Below, in pieces: positions 54,584 through 64,000 of a DNA stretch of 64,000 nt. Position numbers and translations under genes: made by a program. Every line of letters starts with the position of its first letter. The first letter of the stretch is position 1. The DNA comes from Anaerolineales bacterium (GTDB lineage Bacteria; Chloroflexota; Anaerolineae; Anaerolineales; UBA11579): contig DAOMSJ010000002.1 of the NCBI GenBank assembly GCA_035446285.1, positions 182,592 through 246,591 on the forward strand, written 5' to 3'. Below the pieces are notes generated by a model. It worked only from the letters and a program-made list of their open reading frames with translations, was not told the DNA's origin and ran no database searches.

Positions 54584-56272
54584 ATGTCAGAAACCATGCA
54601 AGAACGCGCCCACCGCGCCAACATCCTCCAGCAGCGCCCTGTTGACGGCAATGGCGTGCGCAGCCTGGCCCTGGCGGGCTTTGGCTGGCTGGAGGCTAAC
54701 AAGCAGTCAGTCAACGCGCTCAATGTCTTCCCTGTACCGGATGGCGATACGGGCACCAACATGGTGCTGACGATGAAATCGGCCATCGAAGAAATGCAGA
54801 AGAACACCGACCCGAAGGCCGGCAAGGTACTGGAAGCGATTGCGCGCGGCGCTCTGCTGGGCGCACGCGGCAACTCCGGCGTGATCCTTTCGCAACTATG
54901 GCGTGGCTTTGCGCGCGCCGCCGAAGGCAAAGACCTGCTGACCGCCGAGGACTTGGCACGCGGCTTCAGCGAATCGCGCGACACGGCCTACAAGGGCGTG
55001 GTGCGCCCGGTGGAAGGCACTATCCTCACAGTATCCAAAGACATGGCCACCGCGGCCGAAGAAACGATTGCCAGCGGTGTAAAAGACCCCATTGCCCTGT
55101 TGGAAGCGGTGCTCAAAGCGGCGGATGCCTCCGTGCGGCGCACGCCGGAGCTGCTGCCGATCTTGAAGGAAGCCGGCGTGGTCGACTCGGGCGGCAAGGG
55201 TCTGTACTTCCTCATTGAAGGCATGCTGCGCTGGGTGCGCGGCCAGCAGGTGCGCAACGCCGAGAGCATCATCGCCCCGATTGCGGCGCTCAACCTGGAG
55301 AATTCACTGGAGGCCGTTGAAGAAGGCCAGGACTACGAAGTGGTGGTGGACTTCCGCCCCAATGGCCAGCTGGCGCTGCAAGAGTTTTACGCCGAGCTGG
55401 AGAAGATGGGCACCTCCATTCAAGTGGGCGAAGGTGAAGGCATGTACCGTATGCACATTCACGTACCTACCGAGAAGCGTTACGAACCGATCGACTACAT
55501 CATGGGCATTGGCACTGTTACCAACGTAGCCATTGAGAATCTCATGGCGCAGATGGATGACATCAGCGCCCAAGCCAAGGGCCGCGGCCAATACACCGTG
55601 CGCCCGATTGCGGCGGGCCAGATCGCCGTGGTGGCGGTTGCCCCCGGCGCCGGGATTGCGCGCCACTTTGCCGACCTGGGCGTGGCGGCCATCATTGAAG
55701 GCGGCCAGACCATGAACCCCAGCACGGCAGACATTCTCAAATCCTTCGAGAACCTGCCAACCGATAAGGTCATCATTCTGCCCAACAACAAGAACATCGC
55801 CCTGGCGGCGCAATCGGCCGCCGAGCTGACCGTGAAGGAAGCCATCGTGCTGCCCACCAGCACCGTACCGCAGGGCATCGCCGCCATGCTGGTGTGGGAT
55901 CCCTCCGGCGAGCTGAGCGCGGTGGCGGAAGCCATGGGCAAGGCCAGCAATGGCGTGCAAACCGGCGAGGTGACCACGGCCACGCGCAGTGTGGAGATCG
56001 ATGGTGTGAAAGTGAAAGACGGCCAGATCATTGGCCTGCACAATGGCAAGCTCAAGGTCGCCGCGGGCGATGTGGAGCAGGCCAGCCTGGAATTGCTGAA
56101 AGAGATGCAGTTCGACACCATGGAAGTGCTATCCATCTACTACGGAGAAGAAGTAGAGGAACAGGTGGCCGAATCGGTGGCCAACACCATCCGCCAGACC
56201 TACCCTGACCAGGAAATTGAAGTGCAGCACGGCGGGCAACCGCACTACCAGTTCATTTTTGCAGCGGAATAA
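54584..56272 (+). CDS. yloV: DAK2 domain fusion protein YloV
   Basis: Contains VFPVPDGDTGTNM and GARGNSGVILSQ (DAK2), plus a C-terminal DegV/DhaL-like half. I chose the start at MSETMQ. Confidence 0.88.
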   Translation: MSETMQERAHRANILQQRPVDGNGVRSLALAGFGWLEANKQSVNALNVFPVPDGDTGTNMVLTMKSAIEEMQKNTDPKAGKVLEAIARGALLGARGNSGVILSQLWRGFARAAEGKDLLTAEDLARGFSESRDTAYKGVVRPVEGTILTVSKDMATAAEETIASGVKDPIALLEAVLKAADASVRRTPELLPILKEAGVVDSGGKGLYFLIEGMLRWVRGQQVRNAESIIAPIAALNLENSLEAVEEGQDYEVVVDFRPNGQLALQEFYAELEKMGTSIQVGEGEGMYRMHIHVPTEKRYEPIDYIMGIGTVTNVAIENLMAQMDDISAQAKGRGQYTVRPIAAGQIAVVAVAPGAGIARHFADLGVAAIIEGGQTMNPSTADILKSFENLPTDKVIILPNNKNIALAAQSAAELTVKEAIVLPTSTVPQGIAAMLVWDPSGELSAVAEAMGKASNGVQTGEVTTATRSVEIDGVKVKDGQIIGLHNGKLKVAAGDVEQASLELLKEMQFDTMEVLSIYYGEEVEEQVAESVANTIRQTYPDQEIEVQHGGQPHYQFIFAAE

Positions 56273-56286
56273 CACACACACCTGGC

Positions 56287-57132
56287 ATGTCCGTCGCCAT
56301 TATTACTGACAGCACCGTCTCGTTCCCCAGCCCGGTCTTCGCCGGGCGGGAGCTTGTGCATATCCTTTCGCCGCGCTGGCAGCCTGAGCTGCCCGCGGGC
56401 GTGGAGCGCCTGAAGGCTAGCGACCTGCCCGCCACCCTGCGCGGCACTTCGCCTGCCCCGCAGTTAAAGGCGCCACGCGCCGCTGACTTTGAAGCCCTCT
56501 ACCGCCAATTGGGTCAAAGCCATGAGGGGGTATTGGTAATCCTGCACTCCAATCACTTCAGCCCCATTGAGGAAGAAGCCCAGGCAGCCTCTGGCAGCGT
56601 CCACGGCAAGGTGGCCGTGCGCGTGGTGGACAGCCTCAACGTATCGTTGGGGCTGGGCCTGCTGGTGCAGGCGGCGGCGCAAGCCAGCGCCAACGGCATG
56701 GCGCTGGCCGAGCTGGAGCTGTATGTGCGCGGGCTGCTGCCACGCGTGTTTGGCATGCTGTGCGTACCCGGCTTGAGCTACCTGGAGCGCGGCGGCCACC
56801 TGAACCACAGCCAGGCGGTGGTGGGTGAGTATCTGGAGATCCTGCAAGTCTTCACGCTGGACAATGGGCAACTGGTGCCCACCCAGAAAGCACGCAACAC
56901 GCGCCAACTTGTGGACGTGATGTACGAGTTCTTGAGCGAATTCACCGATTTGCAGCACATCGCTTTACTGCAGGGTGCCCCCGCTTTTGAGGCGGAGACG
57001 CGTGCATTGCGTGAGCGCCTGGCTGAAGAAGGCGTCACCACCCCGATCAGTGAGCAGATCATCAATGCGCCGCTGGCCAGCCATATTGGGCCACGTTCGC
57101 TGGGGCTTTTTGCGATTAGGGTTAGAGATTAG
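56287..57132 (+). CDS. DegV family (fatty-acid binding) protein
   Basis: Begins MSVAIITDSTVSFP... with a size and pattern typical of DegV. Confidence 0.75.
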   Translation: MSVAIITDSTVSFPSPVFAGRELVHILSPRWQPELPAGVERLKASDLPATLRGTSPAPQLKAPRAADFEALYRQLGQSHEGVLVILHSNHFSPIEEEAQAASGSVHGKVAVRVVDSLNVSLGLGLLVQAAAQASANGMALAELELYVRGLLPRVFGMLCVPGLSYLERGGHLNHSQAVVGEYLEILQVFTLDNGQLVPTQKARNTRQLVDVMYEFLSEFTDLQHIALLQGAPAFEAETRALRERLAEEGVTTPISEQIINAPLASHIGPRSLGLFAIRVRD

Positions 57133-57265
57133 AGATTGGTAATTAGCAATCTCCAATCTATAGCTAAAGACGCTAACTGATCAGCAACTGAATCTCCCGT
57201 CTCCAATCTCTATTTACCATTTACTACTTACCAGTACAACATCTTCTGCAGTTAGAATCTCATTC

Positions 57266-59848
57266 ATGCACCCTGCTCTCAGCACCCTGAGGAAGTATTT
57301 TCGTCTCGAAGCTGAGCGCGGCTACGACAACCGCGCCGTGCTGGGTGGGCTGGAAAAGATGCTGCCTCTGTGGGGCAGCAATGCACGCGCCGAAGGGCTG
57401 GACGAGGCCCTGGTTTTGGCGTTGACCCAGCAGCTCAAGAACTATGATGTGCTGGAACCGGCGCAGCGCGCTGCGGCGCTCAAGGCGGCCTGGGCGATAG
57501 CCCAGGGCAAGCCTGCGCCGCGCGCAGCAGTTGCTAAAAAGACAAGCCAACAGCCAACAGCAACCACAAAGACACAAAGCACACAAAGAAAGACTGCCTC
57601 AGATACTCAGGCAGACAAACCCGCTACACAATCCACCCCGGCCAAGCGTGCTGTGCGCAATACCGCCAAGGCCGCTGCCAGCGATGAGGCAGCTAAACCT
57701 GTGGCGCGCAGCGCCACGCGGCGTAGCAAGCCGACGGCACGCCGCGCCAAGATCGAAGGCGAGCCGGCCGCCCTGGAGGCCAGCACCACCGTGCTGACCG
57801 GCGTGGGGCCGGTGAATGCCGAGCGACTGGAGAAGCTGGGTATTTACACCCTGGGCGACATGCTGTATCACTTTCCGCGGCGCTACGACGATTACAGCCA
57901 ATTGCTGCCGATACGTGAGCTGCGCTACGGCCAGGTGGTCACGGTGATTGGCACGGTGAAGAGCAAAAGCCGCCACGGGCGGCCCTATGGCGGCAAGCAA
58001 GTCTTCGAGATCGTGGTGGATGATGGCACGGCGGCATTACGGGCGATCTGGTTTAACCAGCCGTGGATGTACAAGAATTTCCGTGAGGGCGACGACGTGG
58101 TGCTCTCCGGCAAGATAGACCAATACCTCGGCCGCCTGACTCTCAGCAGCCCCGAATGGGAGCTGGTGGAGGATGAAGACGCCGCTGCGGATACGCAACA
58201 CACCAACCGCATCGTACCGGTGTATCCGCTCACCGCAGATATCCGCCAGCGTTGGTTGCGCGGCCTGATGAAGAAAGTGGTGAGCTACTGGGCGCCGCGC
58301 CTGCCCGACATGCTGCCCGCCGACCTGCTAGCCAGCGCTGACTTGCTGCCCTATGCGGAGGCACTGCAGCAAGTGCATTTTCCCGATTCGCAAGAGCAAC
58401 TGGAGGCCGCCAAGCTGCGCCTGGCCTTCAACGAGCTATTCCTGCTGCAACTGGCCGTGCTGATCCAAAAACGCATTTGGCAGGGCGAGCGTGCCACGGC
58501 TTTTATGCCGGCGGCGGGTTGGCTGGAGGCGCAGACGGCGCGCTTACCCTTTGCGCTCACTGCAGCGCAGCACAGCGCCCTGGCCGACCTGCTGGCCGAT
58601 ATGGCCAGCGGCCGCCCGATGAACCGCTTGCTGCAAGGTGACGTGGGCTCCGGCAAGACGGTGGTGGCGGCGCTGTGCGCGGCGCTGGTGGCGGCGCACG
58701 GGGCGCAGGCGGCCATCATGGCGCCCACCAGCATCCTGGCCGAGCAGCACTACGCCAGCCTGAGCAAGCTGCTGGCCAGCGAAGGTGGGCCGCTGGCGCC
58801 CGGTGAAATGCGCCTGATGATCGGCGCCACCAGCAAGGCCGAGAAGGACGAGATCAAAGCCGGGCTGGCCGATGGGCGCATCAAGCTCATCATCGGTACG
58901 CACACGCTCATCGAAGACCCGGTGGTGTTCGATGCGCTGGAGCTCATCGTCATCGATGAGCAGCACCGCTTCGGCGTGGGCCAGCGCGCCGCCCTGCGCA
59001 ACAAGGGCGCCAATCCGCACCTGCTGGTGATGAGCGCCACGCCCATTCCGCGCTCACTGGCGCTGACGCTGTACGGCGACCTCGACGTGAGTGTGATCGG
59101 CGAGCTGCCGCCGGGCCGCCAACAGGTCAGCACGTATATAGTGCCGCCGCGCCAGATCGAACGGGCGCATAGCCTGGTGCGCAAAGAAGTGGCTGCCGGG
59201 CGGCAGGCGTTTATCATCTACCCGCTCATCGAAGAGAACGAGAATTCGCAGGCCAAGGCGGCGGTAGCTGAGCACGCCCGCCTGAGCAAAGACGTCTTTC
59301 CGCAACTAAAATTAGGCTTGCTGCATGGCCGCATGAGCGCCGAAGACAAGGATGCGGTGATGAGCGCCTTCCGTGACCGCCAGTTGGATGCACTGGTCTC
59401 CACCACCGTAATTGAGGTAGGCGTAGACGTGCCCAACGCCACGGTGATGCTCATCGAAGGCGCCAACCGCTTCGGCCTGGCGCAGCTGCACCAACTGCGC
59501 GGCCGTGTGGGCCGCGGCAGCGAGCAGGCCTACTGCATCCTGGTGCCGGACAGCGAAGATGCCCTGGAGAACGAGCGCCTGACGGCGCTGGCAGGCACGC
59601 ATGATGGCTTCAAGCTGGCCGAGATCGACCTGCAGCAGCGCGGCCCCGGGCAGTTCATGGGCATGGCGCAGGCCGGCTTCGGCGACCTGCAGCTCACACT
59701 GCTGACGGATACACGACTGATCGACAAGGCCCGCCGCCAGGCGCAGGCCCTGCTGGAGGCTGACCCCGAGCTCAGCCAGCCAGACCACAAACCAATCGCC
59801 GCCGCGCTGATCCATTACACGCGTGACGGCAAGGGAGATTTGAGCTGA
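57266..59848 (+). CDS. recG: ATP-dependent DNA helicase RecG with a 190-aa N-terminal extension
   Basis: Has a wedge domain and helicase motifs: GDVGSGKT, VIDEQHRFGV, MSATPIPR and QLHQLRGRVGRG. The N-terminal extension includes a K/A/T/Q-rich low-complexity segment. Confidence 0.93.
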   Translation: MHPALSTLRKYFRLEAERGYDNRAVLGGLEKMLPLWGSNARAEGLDEALVLALTQQLKNYDVLEPAQRAAALKAAWAIAQGKPAPRAAVAKKTSQQPTATTKTQSTQRKTASDTQADKPATQSTPAKRAVRNTAKAAASDEAAKPVARSATRRSKPTARRAKIEGEPAALEASTTVLTGVGPVNAERLEKLGIYTLGDMLYHFPRRYDDYSQLLPIRELRYGQVVTVIGTVKSKSRHGRPYGGKQVFEIVVDDGTAALRAIWFNQPWMYKNFREGDDVVLSGKIDQYLGRLTLSSPEWELVEDEDAAADTQHTNRIVPVYPLTADIRQRWLRGLMKKVVSYWAPRLPDMLPADLLASADLLPYAEALQQVHFPDSQEQLEAAKLRLAFNELFLLQLAVLIQKRIWQGERATAFMPAAGWLEAQTARLPFALTAAQHSALADLLADMASGRPMNRLLQGDVGSGKTVVAALCAALVAAHGAQAAIMAPTSILAEQHYASLSKLLASEGGPLAPGEMRLMIGATSKAEKDEIKAGLADGRIKLIIGTHTLIEDPVVFDALELIVIDEQHRFGVGQRAALRNKGANPHLLVMSATPIPRSLALTLYGDLDVSVIGELPPGRQQVSTYIVPPRQIERAHSLVRKEVAAGRQAFIIYPLIEENENSQAKAAVAEHARLSKDVFPQLKLGLLHGRMSAEDKDAVMSAFRDRQLDALVSTTVIEVGVDVPNATVMLIEGANRFGLAQLHQLRGRVGRGSEQAYCILVPDSEDALENERLTALAGTHDGFKLAEIDLQQRGPGQFMGMAQAGFGDLQLTLLTDTRLIDKARRQAQALLEADPELSQPDHKPIAAALIHYTRDGKGDLS

Positions 59849-60375
59849 TGATTCGTGCATTGTTCCCCGCTACGTTTGACCCCATCCACAACGGGCATAT
59901 TGATATTGCCTTGCGCGCTAGCAAGCTGTTTGATGAGATCGTGGTGGCGGTGTACGAGCTGCCGCAGAAGAATCTGCTGCTCTCCACTGATACGCGCGTG
60001 GAGCTGGTGAAGGAAACCTTCAAGGACGAAAAGAAGATCGTCGTCACCACCTACTCCGGCCTGACGGTGGACTACTGCCACCAGATCGGAGCGCAAGTGA
60101 TCGTGCGTGGGCTGCGTGTGTTCTCAGACTTTGAGTACGAGTTCCGCATGGCCCTGGCTAACCGCCAACTGGCGCCGGACCTGGAGACAATCTCGCTGAT
60201 CACTAGCAAGGAGCACAGCTTCCTGTCCTCCACCACGGTGCGCGAAGTCGCCTCGCTGGGCGGCGATGTAGCCAGCATGGTGCCGCCGCATGTGAAGCAG
60301 GCGCTGGCCGAGCGCATCGAGGAGATGGCGGCCAACGGCGAGCCCAAGTATCCGGCGACGCCGCTGCGGGACTGA
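59848..60375 (+). CDS. coaD: Phosphopantetheine adenylyltransferase
   Basis: Contains FPATFDPIHNGHIDI, VRGLRVFSDFEYE and SSTTVREV. There is an ATGA overlap with recG. Confidence 0.92.
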   Translation: MIRALFPATFDPIHNGHIDIALRASKLFDEIVVAVYELPQKNLLLSTDTRVELVKETFKDEKKIVVTTYSGLTVDYCHQIGAQVIVRGLRVFSDFEYEFRMALANRQLAPDLETISLITSKEHSFLSSTTVREVASLGGDVASMVPPHVKQALAERIEEMAANGEPKYPATPLRD

Positions 60376-60449
60376 TGCGCTGCTTTCGCAGCGCGAGCAC
60401 GGCGAAGCTGAGGCAGCGTTCGTTCGGAATGTCACGCTAGACGTGATGT

Positions 60450-60609
60450 GTCATCCTGAGCGGGTGGCTACAGGTACACCAGACCGCCGAAGTCGGCTCA
60501 GCGAAGGATCCTTACTGACGTATTTCTTCAGTGCGCGAATTTTTGAAACACAACCAACAAGGATACTTCGCAGGCGCAAGCGGCAAGCCGCTTGCTGGCT
60601 CAGAATGAC
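60450..60609. repeat. Composite mini-repeat (type B copy 60450-60515 plus an inverted GTCATTCTGAGCC end at 60597-60609)
   Basis: The left end is gtcatcctgagcgg... and the right end is ...ggctcagaatgac, which form terminal inverted repeats. There is an internal hairpin gcaagcggcaagccgcttgc. Fragments flank it: cgttcggaatgtcac at 60421-60435 and cctcgcaatgagc at 60637-60649. Confidence 0.75.
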
Positions 60610-60750
60610 ACACCGAAATTCAGGCATACCCATTACCTCGCAATGAGCAAGATTACTTTTTGGCACTCCCTGCAAGTTGCCTAAATGGAGATTTACAGAT
60701 AAGCTAGGCTCAGATCTTGCATCTGCACGCTAGAAGGCAAGAACCAACCT

Positions 60751-61254
60751 ATGGATATTCTTCAACTCGTAGACAAGCTGGAAGAGCTCTTTAATGAGAG
60801 CCGCCCCCTGCCGCTGACCAATAACGTCATTGTGGATGAAGACCGCATGCTGGATCTGATCGACCAGATGCGTGTGGCCATCCCGGATGAGGTCAAGAAG
60901 GCCCAGAAGCTGATCGCCGAGCGCGACCGCACCATGGCCCAGGCGCAAGAGGAGGCCCAGCGCACCCTGCAACTGGCGCGTGAGAAGAGCGACGGCCTGG
61001 TGGAGCGTGACGCGGTGGTCAGCGCCGCTGAAAGCCGCGCCGAGCAGATCCTGCAGCAGGCGCACCTGGACGCCGAGGCCACCCGCCAGGAAGCCGATGA
61101 CTATGTCATCGAGACGCTCACCAGCCTGGAGATGGAGCTGGAGCGCGTGCTCAACCAGGTGCGCAACGGCATTCGCGCGGTGATGCAGCAGCAGGAAGAG
61201 AAGCGCGCCGAGATGCAGGCGCGCCAAGGCGGCGGCCAGGCCCCGCTCGGCTAG
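60751..61254 (+). CDS. Coiled-coil protein (167 aa, ATP synthase b / DivIVA-like composition)
   Basis: Contains MDILQLVDKLEELFNES and a long E/Q/A/R-rich helix. No specific family was recognised. Confidence 0.65.
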   Translation: MDILQLVDKLEELFNESRPLPLTNNVIVDEDRMLDLIDQMRVAIPDEVKKAQKLIAERDRTMAQAQEEAQRTLQLAREKSDGLVERDAVVSAAESRAEQILQQAHLDAEATRQEADDYVIETLTSLEMELERVLNQVRNGIRAVMQQQEEKRAEMQARQGGGQAPLG

Positions 61255-61273
61255 ACAAGCACATTTGAGAATC

Positions 61274-61304
61274 AAAACGCCCGTGAACTCACGGGCGTTT
61301 TTTA
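61274..61304 (+). terminator. Intrinsic terminator
   Basis: The sequence is AAAACGCCCGTG aact CACGGGCGTTTT followed by ttat. Confidence 0.85.
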
Positions 61305-61439
61305 TTGGTAGGTCAGCTGCATTTGGAAGATGAGCCAATACGGATTCTTCCCTAAGCTGGGGTCGGCGATTCTGATGTGAAAGTAAAGACCCGGTCAGAA
61401 TGACACGGATACTACTTCCGCAGATGTATTCGATAATAC

Positions 61440-63347
61440 CTAACTCTCGGCCAGCACGATGATTTTGTCGCCATCACCGAAGATGACGGATTCAGATTTG
61501 GGCGGGTTGGTGCGCACGCCATAGGCCTTGGCTGGGTAATTGGCATCGGCACGCATGCGGTAACCGATGGCGGTTTCGCCGCGGCGGCGGGCGGCCTCCA
61601 CCACGGTGTAGAAGTTCACCGGGCGGCCCTTCTCCACATACAGCTCCACCGGCTTGAGGTAGATCTCAGCACCCTCAGGGTCAAAGATATCCTCAAAGAC
61701 TGCGTAGAGGTCTGCATTCTCGGCAAACTGCGCCATCATCAGGCTGATGAGCTGCTCGCTGACGATGAAATCATCCACGCGGGTGACCTGGGCCAGCTCA
61801 CGGTTACGCAGGTCCAGCATCTCGCTCACGATGGAGAAGGGCGTCTGGTCGTGATGGAAAATATCGCGCAGGTGCAACAGGGTCACCAGGGTCATGGCAT
61901 CCGCCTGCTGCACGCCGCGCTCCACATAGGCCAGCACGATGACGTGGTCGTAGTCATCCACACGCAGCGCGTCCAGCAAGCCGCGGTCCGTGGCATCGCC
62001 TTGCATCACCACCAGCTGCAAGTTCTGCAGGCCGGCAGCCTGCACGCGGATGCCCTCGGCAGCCGCCTCGCTGATGTCGGCCACCACGCGCAACTCGGAG
62101 CCGCGCGTGACATAGTGATCAAGCTCGCGCATCATGGTGAAACCATTCTGGTTCCAGCCCAGGATCAGGATGCGCACGGGTTGCGCCGGCGGCGGCTGCA
62201 CATCCGTGCGGATAAGCTGAGAGTGAATTTCGATGTCGCTGGTGTCGGTGAGGCGCAGGGTGTCATCATCTGAAGACAGGGCAAAGAAGTGGTCACCCGC
62301 CTCGATCACCGTATCCATTGCTGGATTCAATAAAATCTCGCCCTGCGCTTTACGCAGGCCCATCACAGCGGAGTGCTCGTAGGCCAGCACAGCTTCGCCA
62401 TAGGTTCTGCCTACCAACTTGGGCTCTTCTTTAAAGTAGATTTCGTCACCGTCAAAGTTCATCAGCTCGGTGTACACCACGGAGAGACCGGATTGGTGAT
62501 TGGCTTGCGCCACCAGGCGTGAGATCAGGTCACCGATCAGCACCACTTGCAATTTGTCTTGCGCGCTAACCAGGGTGAGTACGTTCAGATTGCGCGCATT
62601 ACGGACTTGGGTGCTGATGGAGTACGGCTCCTCACGGCGGTCTGCGGCGTTGGTGATGGCCAATACGGATTTGATGACCTCCGCATCCGGGTCAGCCGTG
62701 TCGGGCGGCAAAATGATGATGGCCTTGCTGGTTTGCGGGTTGGCAATGTTGATATCCGTGGGGTCACTGGGGCGGCCCGTGCGGCAGATGATACGCGTTT
62801 TGCTGCCGCGCAGATCTACGCGCTCACGGATCTCGTCTTCCATTTCCACTTTGTCATGGTCGGCCAGCACCACGATGCAAGCGCGCTTTTGATTTTGGTT
62901 GGCGATGACCAGCTCATTGAGAATAGTGAATATCTGTGGCGACCAGCCCAGGATGAGCGTGTGCCCAAATTCGAGCACGCGTGAGCGGCCTTTGCGCATC
63001 TCTTCGATGCGGCGCTCGATGCCATTGTTGAGCACGCCGATCAGCGCGCTGACGATGAACAGGCCGCCCAGGGTCACCATGAGCATCACGGCGCGGAAGC
63101 CCAGCCCGGTATCGCCACCCAGCGTGCCGGAATCGAGGGCGCGCATCATGCTCTGCCAGGCCGCCTCGGCAAAGCTGAAGGGCTCCATGGCCTCATCGGG
63201 CGATAGGCCGGCAATGGTCAGGATGGCTGCGGCCAGCAGCACAACCAATAAGGAAGCAGCAAACAGCACGCCCACCAGTGCGGGCGTGCCCAGAGACATC
63301 AGGTTATCAAAGCGGTACCGCAGACGGTCGCCAAAAGATGGCTTCAT
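61440..63347 (-). CDS. CASTOR/POLLUX-related putative ion channel with tandem RCK (TrkA-N-like) domains
   Basis: 635 aa. It has an N-terminal 2-TM pore region (MMRALDSGTLGGDTG) followed by two RCK-like units (HTLILGWSPQ..., VRILILGWNQNG...). Confidence 0.7.
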   Translation of the reverse strand: MKPSFGDRLRYRFDNLMSLGTPALVGVLFAASLLVVLLAAAILTIAGLSPDEAMEPFSFAEAAWQSMMRALDSGTLGGDTGLGFRAVMLMVTLGGLFIVSALIGVLNNGIERRIEEMRKGRSRVLEFGHTLILGWSPQIFTILNELVIANQNQKRACIVVLADHDKVEMEDEIRERVDLRGSKTRIICRTGRPSDPTDINIANPQTSKAIIILPPDTADPDAEVIKSVLAITNAADRREEPYSISTQVRNARNLNVLTLVSAQDKLQVVLIGDLISRLVAQANHQSGLSVVYTELMNFDGDEIYFKEEPKLVGRTYGEAVLAYEHSAVMGLRKAQGEILLNPAMDTVIEAGDHFFALSSDDDTLRLTDTSDIEIHSQLIRTDVQPPPAQPVRILILGWNQNGFTMMRELDHYVTRGSELRVVADISEAAAEGIRVQAAGLQNLQLVVMQGDATDRGLLDALRVDDYDHVIVLAYVERGVQQADAMTLVTLLHLRDIFHHDQTPFSIVSEMLDLRNRELAQVTRVDDFIVSEQLISLMMAQFAENADLYAVFEDIFDPEGAEIYLKPVELYVEKGRPVNFYTVVEAARRRGETAIGYRMRADANYPAKAYGVRTNPPKSESVIFGDGDKIIVLAES

Positions 63348-63394
63348 AGCACTCCTCGGGTGCCGGTAAGTTCAGGGGATTATATAGGCAGCGC

Positions 63395-64000
63395 CTACTT
63401 CGCTCCACGCTCTGGGCGGGTAAAAATCAGGTCTTGCACCCAGTCGTTGAGCCAGGGGAACAGCTCAGAGAACAGCACCACCAGGTGATAGACCCACGGC
63501 TGCACCACGCTGCGCCGCGGGCAGCGCACCAGGCTGCGCACGGTCTGCGCCACCTGCTGGGGCGTGAGCACCAGCAGGCTGGGCGTGCTCAGGCGCGATT
63601 TGCGCTGCATGCCCGTGTGGCTGCCGAACTCGGTGGAGACGCCGCCCGGGTACATCACCGAGACTTTGATACCGAAGATGCCCACCTCGCGGCGCAACGC
63701 ATCGCTGAAACCGCGCAGGCCATACTTGGTGGCGGCGTACACGCTGTAGGTGGGCGTGGCCATCAGGCCGGCCAGCGAGCTCATGTTAATGATGTGGCCA
63801 CGGCGCCGGGCGATCATGTGGGGCAGCACGGCGCGGGAAGCCAGGATGGCGCCAGTCAGGTTGACCTGCACCTGCGGCACGATGTCCTCTTGCGGGTCAA
63901 GCTCATCCAGCCACTTGGTGCGGCCAAAGCCCGCATTGTTGAAGAGCACATCGATCTGGCCGTAGGCGGCCAGGGATTGCGTGACCATGCTCTCGATCTC
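63395..64000 (-). CDS. Short-chain dehydrogenase/reductase (5' end beyond the window)
   Basis: Contains NNAG, the SS...YAATK active-site pattern (YxxxK) and PGGVSTEF. The N-terminal Rossmann part lies outside the window. Confidence 0.8.
   Translation of the reverse strand, partial: EIESMVTQSLAAYGQIDVLFNNAGFGRTKWLDELDPQEDIVPQVQVNLTGAILASRAVLPHMIARRRGHIINMSSLAGLMATPTYSVYAATKYGLRGFSDALRREVGIFGIKVSVMYPGGVSTEFGSHTGMQRKSRLSTPSLLVLTPQQVAQTVRSLVRCPRRSVVQPWVYHLVVLFSELFPWLNDWVQDLIFTRPERGAK

Overview
This is a high-GC bacterial chromosomal segment. G+C is judged by eye to be well above 60 percent; it was not computed. Gene content and synteny look Chloroflexota-like (Anaerolineae or Caldilineae type), which is inference only. 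I call about 60 protein-coding genes and found no rRNA, tRNA, CRISPR array, transposase, integrase or reverse transcriptase. The housekeeping backbone is: hrcA (partial) with a perfect CIRCE operator and a sigma70-type promoter, miaB, a PfkB kinase with parA and parB, folD, gyrB, a full mrpABCDEFG antiporter operon, a livKHMGF-type ABC transporter, rpe-asp23-yloV-degV-recG-coaD (Firmicute-like synteny), arcC, two ATZ/TRZ-type amidohydrolases, cinA, an FAD oxidoreductase and an ornithine cyclodeaminase. The loci most worth a second look are these. (1) A translationally coupled four-gene operon (12541-16674) encodes an unknown 194-aa cytosolic protein plus three degenerate antiporter-like membrane subunits in HyfD/E/F-like order. 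Conserved lysines are replaced, and it is followed by a 391-aa coiled-coil protein. (2) A phospho-signalling cluster (43476-49530) runs STK-PQQ propeller, PP2C, J-domain+vWA fusion, zinc-ribbon FHA, an 80-aa unknown and an orphan response regulator. (3) An MtaD-type deaminase is fused to a CYTH-like domain with an altered ExExK motif (37747-39723). (4) A low-GC two-gene cassette sits between a GT2 gene and arcC (18243-19178). (5) A dense family of GTCATTC / GTCATTGCGAG / GATTGCTTCG palindromic mini-repeats is confined to 3'-end intergenic regions. All functional calls rest on motif recognition by eye. No database search was run.
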